Shown here: piece after piece, positions 40,985 to 53,405 of the stretch
How the letters are laid out: each line of letters opens with the position of its first letter
Numbering within the stretch: position 1 is the first letter of the stretch
Source of the DNA: Gemmatimonadota bacterium
GTDB taxonomy: Bacteria; Gemmatimonadota; Gemmatimonadetes; Gemmatimonadales; GWC2-71-9
DNA length: 58,511 nt
NCBI GenBank assembly: GCA_017889745.1
Contig: JAGGAG010000001.1
Location: 1-58,511 of the forward strand
Reading direction: 5' to 3'
The notes under the pieces: generated by a model
What the model was told of the DNA's origin: nothing
Databases searched by the model: none
Seen by the model: only the letters and a program-made list of their open reading frames with translations
Made by a program: the position numbers and the translations under genes

Positions 40985-41791
40985 GCTGTTTCGGTACTCG
41001 TCGATCACCGGCTTGTGCTCGGCATACTCCGGCCGGTCCACCCGGCCGATCTCGGCCTGGTAGTGCGCCGTGAAGTCTTTCCGGGCGGCCGCAGCCGCGG
41101 CCGCATCGCGCCGCCGGTCGGCCACTTCGCCGCGCACCAGGTAGCCGAACAGGTGGTTCGGGTTCCGCGCCAGGATCGTGTCGGCCAGCGCCAGCGCGGC
41201 AGCGTCCTGCCCGGTCTCGGCGTACAGCACCGCTGCATGGTACTGCAGGTCGGCGTTGACCGAGTCCAGCATCCCGTACGCAAGGATCGCCATGGGTGCG
41301 AACTGCTTCGCCTGCGCCGTATCGCCGGCCGAGGCGGCGCGCATGACCCGGTCATAGAGCCGGTTGAACCGCTCGGCTGGCGACATGCTCGAGATGTCGG
41401 GCGGGGCGCCCGCGGGAGCGACCCCGCCGGCGCCTTCACCGCCACCCTCCACGCCGGGCGCGGCGTTGCCCGCGTTGGGCATCCGCGACACTTCCGGCGG
41501 GCTGTTGCGGTTAATGCCCAGGAACGCGATGTAGGTGAGCCCGGCAATTACCAGCATGCCGGCGACCAGCCACGGTACCCGGCTTTCCCGGGCCGTCGGC
41601 GGAGCGGGCTGGCCCGGGGTACCGGACACTGCGTTGCCGCAGCGGTGGCAGAACTTCGCGATCGGCGAGAGACTGGCGCCACAATGGGCGCAATTGCGCG
41701 GGCTGACCGCGGCGCCACAGCGGTCGCAGAACCGGCCGGGGGCGTCGGTGCCGCAGACGGGGCAGGCGGGGACGGCAGGAGAGTTGGTCAC
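40967..41791 (-). CDS. double zinc-ribbon membrane protein with C-terminal TPR-like domain
   Basis: GTG 41791. Has CPVCG...FCDRCG...CAHCG...FCHRCG, one TM segment (VPWLVAGMLVIAGLTYIAFLGI) and helical repeats. The last five codons and the stop come from repeat copy A. Confidence 0.65.
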   Translation of the reverse strand: MTNSPAVPACPVCGTDAPGRFCDRCGAAVSPRNCAHCGASLSPIAKFCHRCGNAVSGTPGQPAPPTARESRVPWLVAGMLVIAGLTYIAFLGINRNSPPEVSRMPNAGNAAPGVEGGGEGAGGVAPAGAPPDISSMSPAERFNRLYDRVMRAASAGDTAQAKQFAPMAILAYGMLDSVNADLQYHAAVLYAETGQDAAALALADTILARNPNHLFGYLVRGEVADRRRDAAAAAAARKDFTAHYQAEIGRVDRPEYAEHKPVIDEYRNSVNGKP

Positions 41792-41837
41792 GGGCGGGCA
41801 ATGTAACCGCTGGCGGCTCCCATGGCACCGTATTACC

Positions 41838-42182
41838 GTGCAGAGCGATCGCCGTACGCGACCGAGCACGACTGGAGGGCCATTGCAGCCATCGCGGAAC
41901 GCGCCCGAACCCCTTCCGGCCGATGCCCCGCTGGGCCGCTCTCTTGGAGAGCTTGCGCGGGGAGATTCGCGCTGGACCGTCTACCTCGAGACCCGCCCGC
42001 ACCCGCGCGGGACCGGCCTTCGCCACAACACGCTCCAGGGCCGGCTCCACTTCGTGGACCGGGCGCAGGTCCATCGCAGTACCGGGTGGATCTTTACCGA
42101 GTGGACGGACGCCGATATCGTCAACCGATTCAACGAATTCAGCGCTGCGGAGCTCTGGCTGCTGCTCGACAGCCTCGCCTGA
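41838..42182 (+). CDS. small hypothetical protein upstream of glnA
   Basis: This frame has strongly GC-rich third positions over ...RWTVYLETRPHPRGTGLRHNTLQGRLHFVDRAQVHRSTGWIFTEWTDADIVNRFNEFSAAELWLLLDSLA. There is no in-frame ATG; GTG 41838 is the first plausible start. The stop lies 20 nt before glnA. Confidence 0.35.
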   Translation: MQSDRRTRPSTTGGPLQPSRNAPEPLPADAPLGRSLGELARGDSRWTVYLETRPHPRGTGLRHNTLQGRLHFVDRAQVHRSTGWIFTEWTDADIVNRFNEFSAAELWLLLDSLA

Positions 42183-42202
42183 CCCGCTGACAGCGAGGGG
42201 CC

Positions 42203-43594
42203 ATGGGACTGGGACGAGCGCGCCGCGATGACCGGCCGAGCCTGGAAGAATTTCCGACCGACCTGACCGGGGCCCGCAAGGGCGACATCCGCGAGCTGGC
42301 CGAGCGCTTTGGCGTCGACTTTCTCCGACTGCAATTCACGGACATCCTCGGCGTCAACAAGAACGTCGAGGTCCCGCCCAGCCAGTTCGAGAAGGCGCTG
42401 GACGGCGAGATCATGTTCGACGGATCCTCGATCGAGGGCTTCGTGCGGATCGAGGAGTCGGACATGCTCCTCAAGCCCGACCCCACCACCTTCCGCATGC
42501 TTCCGTTCGACGAGGAAGGCGGGCGCGTGGCGCGGCTCATCTGCGACATCCACACGCCCGACGGCGCTCCCTTCGACGGCTGCCCACGCCATACCCTGAA
42601 GCGCCAGATCGCCCGCGCCCGCAAGCTCGGCTTCGAGATGATGGCCGGCTGCGAAGCGGAGTTCTTCCTGTTCGAGAAGGCGCCCGACGGCGCGCCGACC
42701 ACCAGCACTCACGACCTCGCCGGCTACTTCGACCTCGGCCCCATCGACAAGGGCGAGGAGATCCGCCGCGTCATCGTGGATTGCCTCGAGCTCATGGGGT
42801 TCGAGGTGGAAGCGGCGCACCACGAGGTGGCGCCGGGCCAGCACGAGATCGACTTCCGGTATGCCGGGGCGCTGGTCACCGCCGACAACCTCGCCACGTT
42901 CAAGCTGGTGGTGCGGCAGGTCGCCAATCAGTACGGATACGTCGCCTCGTTCATGCCCAAGCCGATCCAGGGCGTGGCCGGCAGCGGCATGCACACGCAC
43001 CAGTCGCTGTTCCGCGGGAGCGAGAACGCCTTCTTCGACGCCGAGGCCGAGAACCAGCTCTCGTCCGTGGCGTTGCAGTACATCGAGGGCATGCTCCAGC
43101 ACGCCCGGGGCTCCTGCGCCATCACAAGCCCGCTGGTCAACAGCTACAAGCGCCTGGTGCCCGGATTCGAGGCGCCGGTGAACGTCGCGTGGTCGATGCG
43201 CAACCGCTCGCCGCTGGTGCGCATCCCCGACCGCCGCGGCATCGGCACGCGCTGTGAGAACCGCATGCCCGATCCGGCGGCCAACCCGTACCTGGCGCTC
43301 GCGGTGCAGCTGGCCACCGGCCTGGAAGGCATCGAGCAGAAACTCGTGTGCCGCGAGCCGGTGCACCGCAACATCTTCCGCATGACCTACCGCGACCGCC
43401 GGAAATACCGCATCGACGAGCTTCCCCGCGACCTGCACGAGGCCCTCGAGTTCCTGGAGAAGGACGACGTGGTGAAGGCGGCGCTGGGCGAGCACATTAC
43501 CGAGCGCTTCATCGAGGCGAAGGAGAAGGAGATCGAGTCCTACAACGCCTACGTGAGCCCATGGGAGATCGAGCGGTACCTCGGCCGGTACTGA
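42203..43594 (+). CDS. glnA: glutamine synthetase type I
   Basis: Has FTDILGVNKNVEVP, MFDGSSIEGF, the ATP-site motif KPIQGVAGSGMHTHQSL, and NSYKRLVPGFEAPV with the adenylylation-loop Tyr context. Confidence 0.95.
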   Translation: MGLGRARRDDRPSLEEFPTDLTGARKGDIRELAERFGVDFLRLQFTDILGVNKNVEVPPSQFEKALDGEIMFDGSSIEGFVRIEESDMLLKPDPTTFRMLPFDEEGGRVARLICDIHTPDGAPFDGCPRHTLKRQIARARKLGFEMMAGCEAEFFLFEKAPDGAPTTSTHDLAGYFDLGPIDKGEEIRRVIVDCLELMGFEVEAAHHEVAPGQHEIDFRYAGALVTADNLATFKLVVRQVANQYGYVASFMPKPIQGVAGSGMHTHQSLFRGSENAFFDAEAENQLSSVALQYIEGMLQHARGSCAITSPLVNSYKRLVPGFEAPVNVAWSMRNRSPLVRIPDRRGIGTRCENRMPDPAANPYLALAVQLATGLEGIEQKLVCREPVHRNIFRMTYRDRRKYRIDELPRDLHEALEFLEKDDVVKAALGEHITERFIEAKEKEIESYNAYVSPWEIERYLGRY

Positions 43595-43603
43595 GGGCCC
43601 GCC

Positions 43604-44401
43604 GTGCGACCTGCCGGCATCCTGTGCGACCTCGAAGGCACCCTCTATTCGGGTGACGCTCCCCTCCCCGGCGCGACGGCGCTGGTGCCGCGGCTCGGCG
43701 CTGCCGGCATCCCCTTCTGCTTCATCACCAACACTACCAGTCGCTCGCGCGGCATGCTCGTGGCCCGCCTGGCCGCCATGGGCATCCTGGTGCCGGCGGA
43801 CCGGATCGTGAGTGCGCCGGTCGCGGCGGCCGCACTCTCCCGCGACCACGGGCACCGGGTCGTGGCCCCGTTCCTCGCGGACGCGGTGCTGGAGGACCTG
43901 GAGGGGCTGGAACTGGCCGGGGGCACCGCCGGCCGGGCGAGTGGCCGCGCCACCGCCGTCATCGTGGGCGACCTCGCCGAGCGCTGGGACTACGCGCTGC
44001 TGCAGGAGGCGTACGAGTGCCTGCGGGCCGGTGCGGAATTCATTGCCTGCTCGCGCGACCGCGTCTACCGGAAGGGCGAACGCCTCGTGCTCGATGCCGG
44101 GCCCTTCGTCGCGGCCCTCGAATACGCCAGCGGCAGCGCGGCGCTGCTCGCCGGCAAGCCGAGCACGGCGATGTACGACGCAGCATTCCGCCGGCTCCAG
44201 CTGCCCGCCGCGGCACGATCGCACGTCGTGATGATCGGGGACGACATGCACTCCGACATTGCCGGCGCGCAGCAGGCAGGCCTGACGGCCTGGGCGGTCG
44301 AGACGGGCAAGTTCGCCGCTGTGGATGCGGCGCGCGCCGGCATCATCCCCGACCGGATCATTCCCGGCATCGATACGTTGCTGGCGGAACTGGACCAGTG
44401 A
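43604..44401 (+). CDS. HAD-superfamily hydrolase, subfamily IIA (NagD-like)
   Basis: ILCDLEGTL (DxxGT variant), FITNTTSRS and GDDMHSDIAGAQQAG are HAD motifs I-IV. Confidence 0.75.
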   Translation: MRPAGILCDLEGTLYSGDAPLPGATALVPRLGAAGIPFCFITNTTSRSRGMLVARLAAMGILVPADRIVSAPVAAAALSRDHGHRVVAPFLADAVLEDLEGLELAGGTAGRASGRATAVIVGDLAERWDYALLQEAYECLRAGAEFIACSRDRVYRKGERLVLDAGPFVAALEYASGSAALLAGKPSTAMYDAAFRRLQLPAAARSHVVMIGDDMHSDIAGAQQAGLTAWAVETGKFAAVDAARAGIIPDRIIPGIDTLLAELDQ

Positions 44402-45969
44402 ACTGCCGCTGGGCGGCGTTTCTCGCGGTGTTCTCCCTCCAGGCCGCGCCGCTCCTGGCGCAGGCACCGGAGCTGCAGCCCGGCATTCCGGTGGTGCAGC
44501 ACGTGGACATCATCCGGCAGGACGTCGCCGACACCAATGAGACGGGGTTCGCCGCAAGGACGGCGAACGCGCTGCACGTGCGCACCCGCGAGCGCGTGGT
44601 GGAGCGTGAGGTGCTCCTCCGGCCGGGCATGCCGTACGACGCGGCCCTGGCGGCGGAAACCGCGCGCAACCTGCGGGCACTGGGCATCTTCCGCGACGTG
44701 CTGGTCGACACCGTGCGGAGCGACAGCGGCCTCACCCTGCGCGTGGTGACGAAGGACGGGTGGAGCACCTTCCCGATCTTCGACATCACCACGGCGGCCG
44801 GCCAGTCGGCGGTGGCCTTCGGCGTCGCGGAAGCGAACCTGCTCGGCCTCGCGGCCACCGGCGTCATCCGCTACAGCAGCAATCCCGATCGCACCGCGTG
44901 GCTCTTCGCCTTCCGGCAGCCCCGCATGTTCGGCGGGCGCGTCAACGTCGCGCTTTCGCTGGAGGAAAGGTCGGACGGGCGTTTCGCCTTCGGGCAGCTC
45001 GGCCGGCCGTTCTACTCCCTCTCCAGTCGCTGGGCCCTGGGCGGCGACGCCACCTACTTCGACGGCGACGTACTCGTGTTCGCGAACGGCATCCTCACGC
45101 CGTACCAGACGCTCGCGCGCCAGCTGACCCTCGTGCGCCTGGATGGGGCCCACGCGCTCCGGGCCTCGCCGCGGGGATACTTGCGGGTGGGAGTCACCGC
45201 CCAGCTGCAATCGAACTCGTTCCTCCCGAGCCCGGTCATCGAACCCCGCGTGGACACCACGCAGGCCGCCATCGGCGCATACGTCAGCCTGCTCCGCGCG
45301 CGCTACGCCGTGGTGGAGAACGTGCGCAGCTTCGGGCGCGCCGAAGACTATGCCGTCGGTCCGAGCGTGCGCATAGGGCTGCTCGCGGCGCCGTCGGCGT
45401 TCGGCTATGCGGAAGGTGGGGCCGGCCTGCAGGTCACGGCGTCAGGCGGGTTCCTCCTGCCGTCTGGCTTCGCGCAGGCCAGCGCGGCGGCCAACGGACT
45501 CATCTCCGGGTCGGGTGTCGACTCCGGTTCGGTGGTCCTCAGGGGCAACCTCGTCATCCAGCCCGGCCGGAAGCACGCCATCATCGCGGGCGGCTTCGTG
45601 GGCTGGCAGAAGAATCCCGTTCCCGGAAGCCAGTTCGATCTCGGCCTGGTGTATGGACCGCGCGCGTATCCGCTGCATGCCTTCACGGGAGATCGCGGCT
45701 TCCTGGTTGCGGCGGAGTATCGCTGGACCTTCGCGGAGAATTTCGGCGGCCTGCTCGGGCTCGCCCTCGGCACCTTCGTGGACCACGGCGGAGCCTGGTA
45801 TGAAGGCGAGTCGCCGCGCACCGGCACCGACTTTGGTGCCGGACTCCGCTTCGGCCCGAGTCGCTCCGCCAACCCCGTCCTGTTCCGGCTGGACCTGGCC
45901 TACCGCGTCGAGGCCGCGCCCTTCACCTCCGGCTGGTCCGTGGTCTTCGGTGAGGGATTCACGTTCTGA
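44398..45969 (+). CDS. Omp85/BamA-family outer membrane protein (POTRA + surface-antigen barrel)
   Basis: GTG 44398 overlaps the HAD stop (GTGA). Signal peptide AVFSLQAAPLLAQA, a POTRA-like segment (VVEREVLLRPGMPYDAALAAETARNLRALGIFRDV) and a C-terminal aromatic end ...VFGEGFTF. Confidence 0.75.
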   Translation: MNCRWAAFLAVFSLQAAPLLAQAPELQPGIPVVQHVDIIRQDVADTNETGFAARTANALHVRTRERVVEREVLLRPGMPYDAALAAETARNLRALGIFRDVLVDTVRSDSGLTLRVVTKDGWSTFPIFDITTAAGQSAVAFGVAEANLLGLAATGVIRYSSNPDRTAWLFAFRQPRMFGGRVNVALSLEERSDGRFAFGQLGRPFYSLSSRWALGGDATYFDGDVLVFANGILTPYQTLARQLTLVRLDGAHALRASPRGYLRVGVTAQLQSNSFLPSPVIEPRVDTTQAAIGAYVSLLRARYAVVENVRSFGRAEDYAVGPSVRIGLLAAPSAFGYAEGGAGLQVTASGGFLLPSGFAQASAAANGLISGSGVDSGSVVLRGNLVIQPGRKHAIIAGGFVGWQKNPVPGSQFDLGLVYGPRAYPLHAFTGDRGFLVAAEYRWTFAENFGGLLGLALGTFVDHGGAWYEGESPRTGTDFGAGLRFGPSRSANPVLFRLDLAYRVEAAPFTSGWSVVFGEGFTF

Positions 45970-46033
45970 CTGCCGCCAACTCGCACAGGCACATACCCGG
46001 CGCTAGATTCGCTCCTACCTTCATCCCGAGCCT

Positions 46034-46447
46034 ATGACCGCACCCGAAGCGCAGGCGTCCGCGCCCGCACCCAAGCCCAGGCGGCGCCGCTGGCCCGTCG
46101 TCGTCGCCACGCTGCTGGTGGTGCCTCTCCTCCTGTTCGCGATCTACACCTTCTTCGTGGTGAGCTGGAGTTACTCGGACGGTGAGCGTTCGGGCACGCT
46201 GCAGAAGTTTTCGCGCAAGGGATGGCTGTGCAAGACGTACGAGGGCGAACTGGCGCAGTACGTGGTGGGCGGGGTGGCGCCGCAGATCTGGTACTTCACG
46301 GTCCGCGACGAGACGCTCGTCCGCCAGATGAGCGACGCCGTGGGCCAGAATGTCCAGGTGCATTACTCCGAGCATCGCGGCGTGCCCACCAACTGCTTCG
46401 GGGACACGCCGTACTGGGTCGACCAGGTCAAGGCCATTCCCAAGTAA
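46034..46447 (+). CDS. membrane-anchored hypothetical protein
   Basis: Basic N-terminus, one TM segment (WPVVVATLLVVPLLLFAIYTFFVV) and a ~95-aa soluble domain. Followed by a terminator. Confidence 0.6.
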   Translation: MTAPEAQASAPAPKPRRRRWPVVVATLLVVPLLLFAIYTFFVVSWSYSDGERSGTLQKFSRKGWLCKTYEGELAQYVVGGVAPQIWYFTVRDETLVRQMSDAVGQNVQVHYSEHRGVPTNCFGDTPYWVDQVKAIPK

Positions 46448-46475
46448 CCTGCGGGTTGGCCGATGATGTCATGCC

Positions 46476-46505
46476 GGGGCCGACGCTCTTGCGTCGGCCC
46501 CTTGT
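46476..46505 (+). terminator. intrinsic terminator
   Basis: GGGGCCGACGC-TCTT-GCGTCGGCCCC followed by TTGT, 29 nt after the stop. Confidence 0.7.
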
Positions 46506-46712
46506 CGCTGTGGGAGCATCACGTCGCGAGAGGAGGGGTGCGAAGTTGCTTCGCCGGATCCGGCGGGCAGGGAAGGAGAACCTCCATGGCGGCATGAACG
46601 CCGGTCCCCCCTCTGGCGTCCCTTCCCCTTCAGTCGTATCGTATGCATAGCTTCGGTTTTTATTCGGTATTACAGCAACCTCCCCCAGCCAGGGCGGAGC
46701 CATCACTGTCTC

Positions 46713-46741
46713 CATAAGTCATTATATAACAAATACTTATG
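46713..46741 (+). promoter_or_regulatory. inverted repeat CATAAGT-N15-ACTTATG spanning a TATATAAC -10-like box and the imuA ATG
   Basis: Read directly from the sequence. The right arm contains the start codon (46739-46741). The spacer holds the palindrome TTATATAA. This is the only strongly AT-rich patch in the 290-nt intergenic region. Confidence 0.45.
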
Positions 46742-47488
46742 CAAATAGCCCAGCTTCGGTCCCGACTCGAGCAGATCATCGCCCCACCGGTGGTGGCGAC
46801 CGATGCCATCCCCACCGGGTTCCACGAGCTCGATGAGGCGCTGGGCGGTGGGATTCCGCGCGGGCGGCTCACCGAGCTCATCGGTCCGGTCGGTGCGGGC
46901 ACGGCGACGCTGGTGCGGGCACTGGTCGGTGCCGCCCTGGCCCGGGGCCAGGGTGTCGCCTGCATCGATGCCTCGCGCACCCTCGATCCCGCCGACTGGG
47001 CATCGCTCGATTGCGATTTCCTCCGCGTGGTGCGCCCGCGCGACCCCGCGCGCGGGGCCTGGTGTGCCGATGTGCTGCTGCGGAGCGGCGCCTTCACCCT
47101 CGTGGTGCTCGACAGCGCGCCATCGCTCGCGCGGCAGGTGGCGCTTCGCCTCGTCGCCCTCGCGCGCGACAAGGACGCGGCGTTCGTCGTGGTGGGCGAT
47201 GGATCGGTGTCGCAGCTGGGCGGGGCCGTGCGGATGGAGGTGAAGCGCCGATGGGGCGGAGGTGGCCAGCGGCGGCCATCCGAACTGACCGTTCTTCGCG
47301 GCGGGCTTCGTACCACCATTGAGGTGCCGAGTGTCATCTATCATCCGCGTCGCCTGTGTGCGCATCCCGAAGTTCCCGATCGGCGCGGTGTGGCTGGAGG
47401 AAAGCAGCAACCGGGCATCCAGGCGGCCGGCCGATCCGACAAGCGATGGAAGGGTGCCCGAAACGGGGGACGGGTCCCCGGCCGATAA
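46739..47488 (+). CDS. imuA: ImuA (RecA/SulA-fold mutasome component)
   Basis: IPTGFHELDEALGGGIPRGRLTELIGPVGAGTATLV is a degenerate Walker A lacking Lys, typical of ImuA. Position is first in the imuA-imuB-dnaE2 order. The last ~52 codons overlap imuB out of frame. Confidence 0.8.
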   Translation: MQIAQLRSRLEQIIAPPVVATDAIPTGFHELDEALGGGIPRGRLTELIGPVGAGTATLVRALVGAALARGQGVACIDASRTLDPADWASLDCDFLRVVRPRDPARGAWCADVLLRSGAFTLVVLDSAPSLARQVALRLVALARDKDAAFVVVGDGSVSQLGGAVRMEVKRRWGGGGQRRPSELTVLRGGLRTTIEVPSVIYHPRRLCAHPEVPDRRGVAGGKQQPGIQAAGRSDKRWKGARNGGRVPGR

Positions 47489-48894
47489 AGCCATTCACTG
47501 GGACCAGCGTCCCCTGGCACTGACCGCCAACGACCGCGTGGTCGTCGCCACGACGCAGGCCGCGTCTCTCGGCATCCGGCACGGCATGACCATTCCCGCG
47601 GCGCGCGCGATGTGCGCTGAGCTGGAAGTGCGGCCCTGGGATGACCGCGCCATCGCACGGGCCGTGCACCGGGTCACGGCCGCATGCCTCGCGTTGAGCC
47701 CGCAGGTGACGCCGGCGCGCCCCGGCCTCTGGTGGATCGGCGCGCATGGGCTCGAGGGGCACGGCGGCGAGCGCCACCTCGCGGGGTCGCTTCTCGCACG
47801 CATCCGTCGCTGGCACCCCGATGCCCGCGTGGCCGTGGCATCGAGCTGCATCGCGGCTTTCGTCGCCACCTGGCTTCGCGGCGTGGGCCGCCTCGTGCCG
47901 CGCGGTGGAGACCAGGCGCTGCTCGCCCGGGCACCGCTCTCCCTCCTGCCCATGGATACCGAGCTGCGCGACACGCTCGCGGCACTTGGCCTCGTCACCG
48001 CCGGGCAGTTCGCCGCCCTCGATCCCGGCGATGTCGAGCAGCGCCTCGGTCCCGCCGGGCTCGCCGCCTGGCGACTGGCACGGGGCGAGGACCAGCGACG
48101 TCCGACCCTCACGCGTCCCGTGCCCGACGACACCGTCGCCATCGAGCTTCCAACCTCCACCCGGACGCTCGAACCGGTGCTCTTCCTGGTGCGCGCGGCA
48201 CTGGGCCGGCTCATCACGCAGGTCGCGGGCGACGGCATGGCGGTGGCCGCGCTGGAAGTGGAGTTGAAGCTCGACGAGACGCCTTCCCGCTCTGCGTCGC
48301 GCCGCGTAGCCCTGGCGTTCCCCCTCGCCCGGCTGGAGCCCCTCTTCGAGCAGTGCCGTGCGTCGCTCGAGGACTGGGTGCTCGAGGCGCCGGTGCTCGG
48401 CGTTGTCGTGCGCATCACCGAGCGCGCCAGGCCGTCCGGAGAGCAGGGCGACCTGCTCCGCACCGGCTGGCGTGATCCCGCCGCCGCAGAAGCGGCGTTC
48501 GCGCGCCTCCGCGCCGCGCTCGGCGCCGATACGGTGGTGCGGCCGGTGGAACTGGATGGGTTTGCGCCGGAGCGGCGGGGGGCATGGGAAGAGGTCGGCA
48601 GGGCAGCAGGGAGGCAGGAGGAAGGCGGCAAGGCGGCAAGGCGGCAGGAGGACAGGAGGAATGCCGCCACGCTCCGCCTGCTTCATCCCCCGGAGCCGGT
48701 CGAGGTCGCTCCCGACACCAGCGCTTTTACCTGGCGCGGGCGGCGCTGGCCCGTCATGGAGCAGGGAAGCGTGGAGCGGCTCTCCGGCGACTGGTGGGCG
48801 TCACCCTATGCGCGGGACTACGCCTCCTGGATCAGTGAGGGCACGGCTTTCGTGGTGTTCCTGAGCGGGGGCACGTGGAGTGTCCACGGATGGT

Positions 48895-48902
<8 letters not shown>
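47331..48902 (+). CDS. imuB: ImuB (catalytically inactive Y-family polymerase homologue)
   Basis: GTG 47331 follows the SD GAGG. The fold is Y-family-like (GIRHGMTIPAARAMCAELEV...) without the DxD catalytic acidic motif at the N-terminal strand. Located between imuA and dnaE2. TTG 47319 is an alternative start. Confidence 0.8.
48622..48645 (+). repeat. 3 x AAGGCGGC tandem octamer inside imuB
   Basis: Three perfect copies sit within the purine-rich tract 48597-48660. GGCGGCA(48640-46) pairs with TGCCGCC(48662-68). Confidence 0.7.
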
Positions 48903-52578
<3,676 letters not shown>

Positions 52579-52604
52579 AGAACCATTCACCCGCAGGATC
52601 CCCC

Positions 52605-53399
52605 CTGACCCGACGCCCTCCACGACACCAGCTGTGCCTGCTGCTCGGCCTGGCAGGCGCGCTCACGCCCGCGATCGCGGTGGCCCAGGATTCCGCCCAG
52701 GCCGCCCCTCCGGTGCAGGCCTCCCTGCCAGACAGCCTCAAGCGGCCATATGCCATCAAGTGGTGGGAAGTCGCCGGCGTGGTGGGCGCAGGGGTGCTCA
52801 CCATGGCGGTCGTCGATGCGCCGGTCCAGGACTGGTCGTCCAACCCGGATCACGGCAGCCAGACGGCCGGCGACTTTGCCGATGCGTTCAGATACTTCGG
52901 GCAGTGGCAGGTCATCGTACCGGTCACGGGCGGGATACTCGTCGCCGGCCTCATCGCCAAGAAGCCGGCGGTCGTCCACAGCGGACTCCGGGTGGGTGCC
53001 TCGGTGCTGCTGGCGGGCGCCGTGACCGGTATCTTCAAGTATTCCCTCGGTCGTGTGCGGCCCTACGACACGAATGACGTCTGGGACTACCAGCCCTTCA
53101 GCGGCAACGCTGCGATGTGGTCGGGACATACCGCCCTGGCCTTCTCGTTCGCCGCCTCGCTGGCACAGGAGATCCACCGCACCTGGGCCACGGTCGGGCT
53201 CTATACGCTCGCCACCGGTACCGCGTGGTCACGCGTGTACCAGAACCAGCACTGGGTGAGCGACGTGGCCATTGGTGCGGCGGTGGGAATCGCATCAGCC
53301 AAGCTGGCGACCGGCCGATGGACCATCTTCGGACTCCGGGCCCCGGTGCCGCTGGCGACGCCGAACGGGCTCGGGGTCATGTGGCACGGCACGTTCTGA
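52605..53399 (+). CDS. PAP2-family phosphatase (membrane)
   Basis: Has the PAP2 motifs KYSLGRVRP, WSGHT and SRVYQNQHWVSD, with the signal-like LCLLLGLAGALTPAIAVAQ. The start is unresolved. No ATG/GTG/TTG lies in frame after the dnaE2 stop, so the coordinate given is the CTG at 52605. Confidence 0.65.
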   Translation: MTRRPPRHQLCLLLGLAGALTPAIAVAQDSAQAAPPVQASLPDSLKRPYAIKWWEVAGVVGAGVLTMAVVDAPVQDWSSNPDHGSQTAGDFADAFRYFGQWQVIVPVTGGILVAGLIAKKPAVVHSGLRVGASVLLAGAVTGIFKYSLGRVRPYDTNDVWDYQPFSGNAAMWSGHTALAFSFAASLAQEIHRTWATVGLYTLATGTAWSRVYQNQHWVSDVAIGAAVGIASAKLATGRWTIFGLRAPVPLATPNGLGVMWHGTF

Positions 53400-53405
53400 G
53401 GGCTG

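Noticed and set aside
41981-44467. An 828-aa minus-strand ORF. Other very long antisense ORFs include 49945..51711, 14098..16134, 19222..21285, 1735..3252, 10274..11539, 26889..28211, 5871..7556 and 47334..48686.
   Set aside because: These lie opposite genes with unmistakable conserved motifs (glnA, dnaE2, RND pump, thiC, potD, MCP, kinase, imuB). Their translations are R/G/H/P-rich with no motifs. Long stop-free antisense frames are expected at this G+C content.
46596-46607. GAACGCCGGTCC as a Cheo-type LexA box (GAAC-N4-GTTC) upstream of imuA.
   Set aside because: It has one mismatch in the right half-site, a GC-rich centre unlike known boxes, and lies about 140 nt from the start codon. It is kept only as an alternative to test.
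46713-46745. dif/Xer-like site, from the resemblance of CCATAA…TTATGCAAAT to the XerC/XerD arms.
   Set aside because: The two arm-like segments are about 19 nt apart instead of the 6-nt central region of dif sites.
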